From assembly GCA_951406725.2 (NCBI GenBank), contig OX597821.1, positions 27,900,001 to 27,964,000 on the forward strand: DNA of 64,000 nucleotides, read 5' to 3'. Positions within the stretch are counted from its first letter, which is position 1. The number at the start of each line of letters is the position of its first letter. Shown here in pieces: positions 54,391 through 64,000 of the stretch. The position numbers and the translations under genes are program-made. The notes below the pieces were generated by a model. The model ran no database searches. It had not been told where the DNA came from and worked only from the letters and a program-made list of their open reading frames with translations. This stretch comes from Octopus vulgaris (taxonomy: Eukaryota).

Positions 54391-55717
54391 ACATACAATG
54401 CCCACTATTGAATCATTTTTATTAAAAAGCATAAATGGATTGACATGGATATAAACATTTAATCTGTGATATAAAGCACGAAATATCTTTTAAATTTTGT
54501 TCGATTTACGCTAAAGCAGGAATAGCTAATTAAAGATTAATCTAATTTGATGTATCAGTCTTAAAAAAAGTACTTTAAAACGTGATCTGCGTCAGGAAAT
54601 TAATTGATTTGAATCGTATAACATGATAGGGCAATATGCCAAGAGATGAGGTGAGTATAGTTGTTTGTCTCTATGTGGAGTCATTTCAAATTATGAATGG
54701 GATACAGCAATACACGATGTTTTTTAACCGTATCACACTTATAATGCTTAACGACATTCATATAAGTTTTATTCATTTAATATTTATCACTCTTTGATAT
54801 TTCTGTTTTCATTTCGATTAAACAGTTAACCGCAAAACAAGCCGAAATATTTTTTTGGCTCATGTTGTCAGTATGTTTTGTTTCTGTAATCTTTATGATT
54901 CAAGCGCTTAATTGCTGTTCATATATGTAATACATGATCTGTGCACAAGCTTCTCAGATCAATCCAATTTGTCCATATCCATCATGGTGCTATCTAATCT
55001 TAAATGAAAATAAGGTGAAGATCATAAGATATTCTGATTAAATGGCTGCCCCCAAGTATTCACCGTGTCTGAAAACTTTCAGCAAATCATGATCTTTCAT
55101 TCCTCTTTAATACAATATACTAGGCACGATTAACGCATAGTCAAAGATTAAATTCCGATCGAGGGATAAGTGTTTATCGTAGAAATATATTGATAAGTCA
55201 GAAAGAAGATTTACATGGAAGAGAATGATATGCGCGCTGACCAAATTCAAACATATTGTCTTTGTTTTGAATGTCAGAACGAAGGACTTATATTAATACA
55301 TCCTAAAATTCAGAGCGTGAAAGGTATCAGGAGTTTTCCAAAGGTTTAAGAAAAGTTGATACAAATCAGACAGCGGAATGTTGTTCATTAGTACAATTAG
55401 TAAATACTGGTATTTTCCTAGAGATGTTATTATTGTACCTGAGCAAGTATTCTCGTTTAGGAGGACAAGAATTACGGATCGGTAATTTGAGGATGCTCTT
55501 CTTTTAAGTTTGTCTTTAGAATTATTCCATTTTATTAGCTGCAAAAATATTTACCCATGTGATATGCACTCATTTTTTTGCTTCATTATGTGTTTCAAGG
55601 CAGTCTCGTACAGATATTCATCCAGTAACCGGCAACCAGGTATGGTTCGAGCTCTTTCTACTTTTACACAGTTTTATATGACTTCAACATATTTACTTTC
55701 GTAATAACAACCTCTTT

Positions 55718-55955
55718 CCAAGGCGGAGATTCGGCAGAAATGGTAGCATGCCCGGCGAAATGCTTAGCGATCTTTCGTCTGTCTTTACGTACTGAGTTCA
55801 AATTCCACCGAGGGCGTCTTTGCCGTTCCTTCTTCTGGGAATTGGTAAATAAAGTACCGGTTACGTTCTGGGGTTAATCTAATCAACTGGACCCCCCCCC
55901 CCCCAAAAAAAAAAAAAAAATTCGGGCCTTGTGCCTGGAATACAAAAGAATAATA
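55718..55955 (+). mobile_element. Meta/MESC-like SINE
   Basis: GGCGGAG..GGCAGAAA head, GAGTTCAAATTCC, TTCGGGCCTTGTGCC. Confidence 0.78.
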
Positions 55956-55999
55956 ACCTTTTTTCGTAGCAGAACATTTTCCACGTACTCTTTTCATTT

Positions 56000-56950
56000 G
56001 TCTCTACCATGCTTCATAATTATATTTGACGTGTCCCCCAATGATTCCGCCAAAATATTTTACTGCTTCCGCATTCGCTTTTATCCTATCACGTACCCCA
56101 ATTTCCTTCAGGAATAGCAAATAGGGTTTTTCTTGGTTTGATTTATATTGGCATTATGCTTCAACTGATTGTTTCTACAGAATTACTCGTTTTGTCAGAC
56201 TTTGTCTATCATTTCTGCTTTAATTCTACGATAATTTTTCAAAGTTTCTTTTTCTTAAGTAATATATATTCTTAACCAGTCTTTTCTGTTCCTCTATACT
56301 TCAAAAACTTAGTTCTACTTGGATAATTCCCAGGGTTACTAAACTTTATTAGTATCTGTCTTTTTTTTATCAAGTACCTACTTGCCTGTTCTTCTGCTGC
56401 CATTTATTCCCACCAAGAAACCTACAACTAAATTAGCACCTGTAAATTTCAGTATTTTCGCATGAAATCTATTCAATTCCGATACTTTTGTTTTCACCTT
56501 TTCCTTAACAATATCTTGATCCAAGATCTGTAGATAAATTGATTCTAAAACCTTCGTTTTATTCACTTTCTGCCTTAGACTTTCAAGGCATATTTGCGTA
56601 TATTTACGTATTTGCCGCAGCTATGATCATCAAATTATTTTCCTTTACATGGACGCTGCCTCATGACTTTGTTTCAAGTCCCAATATTGATTTCTCTTGG
56701 CTGGCTCCGATATTCACAATCGCAAATTAGCTGTTGTCATCCAGCTGACATTGCAATATTCAGTTGATCGAATTTCTACGAAAATCAGAGAATCATTTTC
56801 TATTCCTAACAGGCATTATATGGCATTCTATCAGTTGTTCATTGCCCCACGTTCTTTTCCTAAGAATCATCGTTTCCTTGGTTTATTATTAGATAAGATT
56901 CCTTTCCACTCTTATTTATTTCGTTATTCTGCTAAATTTTTAGACAAGAG
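56000..56950 (-). pseudogene. Possible N-terminal region of a Dong-like LINE ORF, very decayed
   Basis: Minus-strand RKRTWGNEQLIECH resembles the clade's N-terminal motif; weak. Confidence 0.4.
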
Positions 56951-57184
56951 TAACGAGTAGACACGCCCAGTGTCCTGGAGGAAATGAAATTTAAGATATT
57001 TTGAAATATAGCTGAAAGCTTGGTGAGAGAAAGTGGCGAGGACAGTACAGAAATACCTCCGTATAATACAAGACAATCTTTTAAATTGTGAAGGTTTTTC
57101 TAAGGATGTGGGCACTACTTCACAGCATAATCTTATGAATGTCTTACGCACAGTATCCAATATCGTGATGCTGATGATTGAAGA

Positions 57185-57275
57185 TATTTTGTCTACCGGG
57201 GGTTTGTCCTCTCTGTCACGTCACAGCAAGGACTTCAGACAGTACATTGCGCAATATGCATGCAGATCCAAGAAA
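57185..57275 (-). mobile_element. Very short Dong-like 3' end
   Basis: Minus-strand LGSACILRNVLS followed by a short UTR. Confidence 0.5.
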
Positions 57276-57334
57276 TTATAATTATTAAATTATTAATCAT
57301 ATACACACAACAGATTATACTGTTGTAAAAGAAA

Positions 57335-57960
57335 AAATAGTAACATCGGGCTACAGCAAGTAACCTTAGATGCCAAGAACACTCTTAAGCATCCTAGCTG
57401 TCCTTAATAACACTGTTTTCTGGAGCTGTGGTAAACTGTATTTTATGCCTATTTCTTCTATCTATCTATTCAAAACATTAGGGATTGTGCCTAATGCACC
57501 TACAAATCCCGTGATACATTTTACCCGCACTTTCCATAGTCCCTGTAATTCAATGGCTAGGTCCTGGTACATTAATATGTTTTCTATACCTTTCATATTG
57601 ATTTGTTTCATTATTTGGGACTGTAAAGTCAATTATCTGCCACTTTCTACTGTCTTTATCTACTACTACTAACTCAAGCCTTGTAGATTCTATCACTCTG
57701 TCACAAAATCTTATATTTTTTACTTTCTAGTACGTTACTAGGTTCAAGGTCATACCATTTATCAGTATGTTCAAATACTAGATTTCTACATAAGGCCCAA
57801 CGGATTACTCTCCAAAAAGTTGTCATGTATTTTCTTGTATTCTTTCTGAGTCGACATGCTACATTCACTTATTATATGAGTAACTTACTCTATAAGTAAC
57901 GCTTTCCTCTTTTTATTTGCATAACATACATTGGGAATCTATTTGGTATTTGTCTATCTT
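57335..57960 (-). mobile_element. Dong/R4-like LINE 3' portion (RLE domain)
   Basis: Minus-strand VGALGTIP...QLQKTVLLRTARMLKSVLGI*. Confidence 0.82.
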
Positions 57961-58984
57961 GGCTTTCATCCAATTGGTGGCCTTGTGCCTCCAATAGACA
58001 GGATTATCATTATCATTGCAAGTAGAAATAGTAGTAGTAGTTGATCTACATACAATCTTGTATATAAATATACGTGTACTATACACAGATATAACTAGCT
58101 TGATTCCATGTGATTGTAATTTTTCTTTAAAAATAACTTATATATATACAATTGTCCATATATTTATTAACATTTCTGACGAACCAATCGATATTTGAGG
58201 TCGTGATTTGCTGTGTAATAGTCCTTGCATGGCTGATAACTATTCTTCCATGAATGCTTTGTTTAGCCAAATTATTGAAATTTGTAGTATATATTTATTT
58301 TCACAGCTGTGAATTCTCAAACAAAATAAGTCAGATTATAATTCAAACCAATATTTATAAAATGTTAATTAAATAAATATATATATTTAAAATATTTAGT
58401 TCTAGTCTATATAGTCTGCAACTAAATAGAACCAACTTGGATGATTTGAATTTTCGCCTCTCATTCCTTGTTATATTTTTTCAAGTACCAAGGCAACTAG
58501 CTGGTATAATCTTTAGCACGCCGGGAAAATGCTTAGTGGAATATAGTCCGGCTGTATGTTCTCGCTCCAAATCCTCTGGTGTCGATTCCTATTTCATCAT
58601 TTTTTCGCAGATTAAATTGTTGGCCTGAGAGGGGAATAAGAGATGGGGCAACAACGACTTAAACGTTTAGCCCATAATTACATGTTTCGTCTGTTCCTCA
58701 ATAAACTGCTCTTATTTCTTTTAGTGCTATGTTCAACGATATAGTCGATCGACTTGACACCATTTTATATTTTAAGACATGTAACAGTACTGTAGGTGCA
58801 TCGCTAAGAGAGACATGAGCAAATCAATAAGTTTGTTAAGTATTGACAGGTAAATATAAAATTAGATTTGCACACGGACACATACACCCAAACACATACA
58901 TACACACACACATGCACACACACACACAGACAGTGTTCCAGGCAATACACACACACCTACGTACGTACGTACCTACCTACCTAT

Positions 58985-59245
58985 ATATAAATAACGGGAA
59001 AGTTTACGAAAATAAACAAAAGACGAAGGCAAGTGGTGTACAAAACAAACAGATGTATTTGTATAGCGCTCAGGAATAGAAAAAAATCTTTTACATTTCG
59101 AGCCTAGGCTCTTCTACAGAAAGGGACACAGAAAAAACAAGGAAAGAAACAAAGAGAGAAAGAAATGTGTGTAGTAGCTAACGATCTACCATGGCGTCTG
59201 ACTCGGACAGAATAGTCAGAAAGGAAGGGGAAAGTAGGGGAGAAA
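58985..59245 (-). mobile_element. Penelope-like terminal remnant with a degenerate minimal hammerhead
   Basis: Minus strand CTGTAGA-A-GAGCctagGCTC-GAAATGT at about 59085-59125; TA-flanked. Confidence 0.5.
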
Positions 59246-59249
59246 TATG

Positions 59250-59323
<74 letters not shown>

Positions 59324-60519
59324 AGTGAGTGTCTGTGTGTGTAAAAATCATCTGCACAATTTCACAATTTCTGGTAAAAGATACACCTCAGCTCCTATTG
59401 TAACCTCGAACAATAGAGTGGTCCAGGATTATAATAGAAGACACTCACATATAACAGAGGATACTAGAGAAGAGGATATTTGCATTATCCACTGATTTGA
59501 AAATAAAAATTTTCAGAAACAACAGAATAGAACAAAATGGAAAAGCTTCGTAGTTGTCCGTGTGTCCTCCTTAAGAATTACCTCGACGTTGGAAACAATA
59601 CTATAGTATATTTATTGTAGAAAATATTAACCTTTTTAAAACAGGAATATTTTTACTAGCAAAAAGTTTATCCCGAAAATATTGATAGCCAGAAAAGAAA
59701 ATGGTAAATAAAAATGTTAAGTAAAGGGAATAAAATATAAAACGAAAATAGGTAAACAAACGAAAACAAGGAAATAAACAAATAAGTAAATAAAACAGTA
59801 AAAACTGCATATACAAAAAGACAGGTGAAAAATAGAGAGAAGTGAAATAGATTTATTTAAATATTAAACAACACATCATTTTAGAAACACAAAGCACGTA
59901 GGATAGTTGAGAATATTCATAAATCTGCATTTGAATATTTGAATACAAGAAAAAAATAGGAAACGAAATACAGTGAATATTTGAAAAGAAGAAAGACAGG
60001 GAAAAGCACACAGCTAACTGCGAACTGGAACATACACACACTTACACAGACCAAGACACACACACACAAACAAATATACACACGCACAAAGACGCACGCG
60101 CACACACACATGCACATACACACATACACACACATAGGCACAAACGCAGATAAATGCATAGATATAGGTGTATGAATATATATGTATGCATATACATGTA
60201 TATAAGTATATTTATGAGTGTGCGTATATATATTTATATGTATGTATGCATGTATGTATGCATGTATGTATGTGTGTATGTATGTATGTTGTATGTTGTA
60301 TGTATGTATATATGTATGTATGTGTGTATGTATGTATGTATGTATGTATGTATGCCTTTTCATACACACACGCGCATGTACTCCGTCCCCATGCCATACG
60401 TATATGCATACACAAACGTATTTTATCTCATACTGACACTAATTTCTGTAGCAATACGCTCACGCTTATCCTTTCTCACATATTGGTTTCAAATGTTGAC
60501 ACAAGTCCAGTAATTTAGA

Positions 60520-60940
60520 GTGAGGTGTTAAGTCGACTCCATAAATTACAGGGCACAACTGATACTTATTCTATCGACCCCGAAAGATTGAGAGGTAAAG
60601 TCAAACTTGGCGGATTGGAAATCAGATAAAAAAAACGGACAAAATACCTATTTCTTTACTACCCACAAGGGGCTAAACACAGAGAGGACAAACAAGGACA
60701 GACAAACGGATTAAGTTGATTACATCGACCCTAGTGCGTAACTGGTACTTAATTTATCGACCCCGAAAGGATGAAAGGCAAAGTCGACCTCGGTGGAATT
60801 TGAATTCAGAACGTAGCGGCAGACGAAATACCGCTAAGCATTTCGCCCGGCGTGCTAACGTTTCTGCCAGCTCACCGCCTTCGGACAAAATACCGCCAAG
60901 CATTTCCCGGAACTGTAACGATTCTGTCAACTCGTCCCCT
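60520..60940 (-). mobile_element. Older Meta-like SINE interrupted by a younger copy (60649-60881)
   Basis: 13-bp TSD CGGACAAAATACC at 60636-60648 and 60882-60894. Confidence 0.9.
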
Positions 60941-61741
60941 CTATACTTTCTTATAAATGAACATCAAAATTATGGTCGTTAACTGTTGTATGCTTTATTT
61001 TCCACTTGTTTGTATGTCATCGTAATTTCCACTTTTGCCAGTTTCCTCGTTCAAGGAAACGTTCTACTCTTCCTCTCGATGTATGGACTACTCATTACTA
61101 GATTATCCTCACTATCTACGAAGGAGTGCTTATAAGTTCCTGGTTTTGGGTAAAAGAAAATACAGGAGGATCAGTTAATTATGATCTTATTCAACATATT
61201 CCCCTCTCAGTTTCTTAGATTTATTGCAGGAGACCTTCAGTTTTTTAAGCCCTGTAAAAGAACTCGGAAGGTTTGGCTTCCAACAAGGTCATTCACAATA
61301 CACTTAAAGCCACAAACTTTGGCTGATGGATTCCTGAAATGGAACCCACCCATATATTTTTCCTAGTTCACAATTGTAGAGTTTGAAATCAGTTAAAAAT
61401 TGCGAAAACCTCTGTTCGTGAAATTTGTAGATATGCGATATTATTTGCTTTCATATAAAATGGCCTTGGCAAAATATAGCACTCAGGATACGATGTATCA
61501 TTCGAAATGAAGTGCATAATTCACCCGGTGGACGGCTTTGCATTTTATATGGTTTACAGATTTTAGCATTGTCTCGCTTCGATATTTACCCATGAAAAAC
61601 AATAAATATCTGTATAAAGACTTAAAGATATACGCATTTTCCTGACGTATGTGTTGTATGCATGCATATAAGTATAAAGTGTGTGTGTGTATGTATATAT
61701 ACACATTATATGTATATATATATATATACATATATATATAC

Positions 61742-61774
<33 letters not shown>

Positions 61775-61803
61775 CATACATACATACATACATACATACA
61801 TGC

Positions 61804-61862
<59 letters not shown>

Positions 61863-61865
<3 letters not shown>

Positions 61866-62222
61866 TAATAAAAGGGTTCTAATAAAGCAAAGATTTGCTT
61901 CACCACACACCGAAGTTAAGAAATAGCAGCCAAAAATCTTAGCTATTTCTTCTACTTTAAAAAGGGTCTTCCAGAGAAACCAAAATACTTGAAGGTTATT
62001 CAGACAGTATTTTGGTTTCTCTGGAAGACCCTTTTTAAAGTAGAACAAATAGCTAAGATTTTTGGCTGCTATTTCTTAACTTCGGTGTGTGGTGAAGCAA
62101 ATCTTTGCTGAACCCTTTTATTAGTATTACTTAAGTTTGCTGTGTAACGGTCCTTTTTTCATACCGAATTCTACTTGGTGAAATTATTGATTACTTCTTA
62201 ATTAATTAATTTTACCCTTTGT
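61863..62222. mobile_element. Hairpin element in (TA)n, relative of 18366-18810
   Basis: Inverted arms 61863-61989 / 62006-62126 (one mismatch, one 6-bp indel); tail TACTTGGTGAAATT..AATTAATTAATTTTACCCT. Confidence 0.82.
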
Positions 62223-62241
62223 TATATATATATATATATAT

Positions 62242-62525
62242 ATATTAGAAGAAATGAGGCACTCAGAAATTCGGATGGTTTTATATTTACAGATATTTAT
62301 TTGTACATTACATGTTTTTATACATCATATAACTTAGATCTTTCTCCCATTCTAGTGGGTTTTTCATTTCGAACTGTGATGGTAGAAAGCGCTAATATAT
62401 GACCTAAGTTTTATAAAAACATGTAATATACAAGCAAATATCTATAAATATAAAATCATCCGAATTTCTGAGTACCTCATTTCTTCTAATATAAAATACC
62501 TCTACATCATTTCCAAACCTTCCAA
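62242..62525. mobile_element. Hairpin element in (TA)n
   Basis: About 62242-62340 is an imperfect reverse complement of about 62400-62492. Confidence 0.78.
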
Positions 62526-62574
62526 TATATATATATCAAAAACTAAATGGAGTTAAAAGCATGTGTTATCCAAA

Positions 62575-62670
62575 TTCTCTTACAACGATATATGTTTCGA
62601 AAACATCATTACTATTATTCCAAAGGAATAAAATGTTGTAAAGCAATGTAATCTTCTCTTCAGGGAATTG
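62575..62670 (-). ncRNA. Degenerate hammerhead, homologous to 10947-11029
   Basis: CTGAAGA-GAAGAT...TTATTCC-TTT-GGAATAA...TTTTC-GAAACATATATC; stem III mismatch and poor stem I. Confidence 0.5.
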
Positions 62671-62749
62671 AAGAAATAAAATTCGTCAATAAGACATTTT
62701 AACAGAATATGATGGATATGTATAGTGATGAACTAAGCGCTATTAATAA

Positions 62750-63295
62750 TATAATTATCAAGTAGTTAGCGTGAAAAACCTCAGAATGGAAAAATATATT
62801 AATTATTCATTTTAAATATATTTATTTATATTAAGGGCATTACTATACATAAATGGCTCACGGTAGGAGGGACTCTCAAAGACAAAGCTACCATAATAAA
62901 CACATTTTGTACCGATGCGAGGGAATGCAACTCTCGAAGCGAGGCTTTTAAAAACAGATTCAGCTGCAGATCCTATGATTTCATAATTAGTGCACAAAAT
63001 GCACTTTTTAAATCGTCAGTGCATGCATAATCAAGACACATAAAAATGAACAAAAAATCAACGTACCAGACGAACACCAAATGTATCCAGCATTGTACAT
63101 AGAATTGTTCATACATAAATGTGTATAGTACAATGACTTTATTTATTATGGTAGTTTTGACTTTAAAAGTCCCTCCTAGCCTGGGGCTTTTATGTATATT
63201 ATTGCCCTTAATATAAGTAAATATATTGAAGAGAAATACTTCATGGATTTTTCCCTTATGAGGGTTTTTTCGCTAACTACTTGATAAATTCTTAT
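62750..63295. repeat. Imperfect foldback (arms about 62750-62912 / 63127-63295)
   Basis: TTATCAAGTAGTTAGCG / CGCTAACTACTTGATAA, TAGGAGGGACT / AGTCCCTCCTA, CTACCATAATAAA / TTTATTATGGTAG. Confidence 0.82.
62957..63032 (-). ncRNA. Type-I hammerhead motif in the loop of the foldback
   Basis: Minus strand: tgca-CTGACGA-..AGTGCA ttttg TGCACT..-GAAA-TC atag GA-TC-tgca. AUC triplet; base of stem II imperfect. Confidence 0.6.
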
Positions 63296-63348
63296 AAAGA
63301 TTTTATCCTATTTTAAATTATATATATATATATATATATATTTATATA

Positions 63349-63857
63349 CTAGCAGTATCGCCCGGCGTTGCTCGGGTTTGTAAGGGAAATAACTATATAA
63401 GCATTTTTAGAGAGTTACTTCCTTTATAGATGCCAATTCGGGCTTTGTTAGCCATTTCTGTCTTCAAGCCATGAAGTCGTTTTTCTAAAAGAACGCTGGT
63501 CTCCTTGACAACGCATTACGACGTTGATTTCCTTAAACTCCCTTCCCCACAGCTTGACGAGGGAGGGAAGAAGAGGGAGAAGCAAACACAGGTGCAGGTG
63601 TTTGAGCATGGACGCCAGCTCCGCCGCCATCGACACACGAAAAATTATGCATTAAAATGGAATAAAAAATGATGTTAAATAATTTTTAAAATCGTAGACT
63701 CATCGTAGACGCGCGCTAATAGCCAGACGGGCTCGATATTAATCACGACTATAAGATACCCGAATTTGGTTAAACTGCACCGCAAAATGTGGGAGGAGTT
63801 AGGAATCTAAATCGTAGGAGACAGACACTCACACAACTACAGTTTTATATATATGGA
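63349..63857 (-). mobile_element. Non-autonomous Helitron
   Basis: Minus strand begins TC(CATATATATAAAA), ends with hairpin CCCGAGCAACGCCGGG then CTAG, inserted between A and T with no TSD. Confidence 0.88.
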
Positions 63858-64000
63858 TATGTATATATATTTATATATACTCCTCACTCTCTTATTTTCC
63901 TTTGCCTTTCTTACTTTGCACTTCACCTTGTCCTTGTCTCTCCCTTTTTCTCGCTCTCTCTTTCTCTCTCCGTTCTCTCCCTCCTAAATTCCTTTCTTCC

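Overview
AT-rich eukaryotic non-coding DNA, probably intergenic or intronic. The SINE families and microsatellite load suggest an octopus or other coleoid cephalopod (inference). No intact protein-coding gene is supported: most listed ORFs are microsatellite artefacts, and the rest are mainly decayed transposon fragments. The window holds three tRNA-derived SINE families (Meta/MESC-like, V-domain-like, CORE-like), several degenerate R4/Dong-like RLE LINEs in (TAA)n-type microsatellites, an RTE 3' end, four mariner relics, a Tc1 relic and a non-autonomous Helitron. It also holds TIR/foldback elements carrying TTAGGG repeats. The most interesting signal is a set of non-coding elements, mostly next to (TA)n, that combine long inverted repeats and/or type-I hammerhead ribozyme (HHR) motifs. 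Core-intact HHRs lie at 10947-11029, 25398-25456, 46955-47025 and 62957-63032, all on the minus strand. One sits in a 444-bp unit present as direct plus inverted, circularly permuted copies (retrozyme/Penelope-like). All alignments and folds were done by eye and need computational confirmation.
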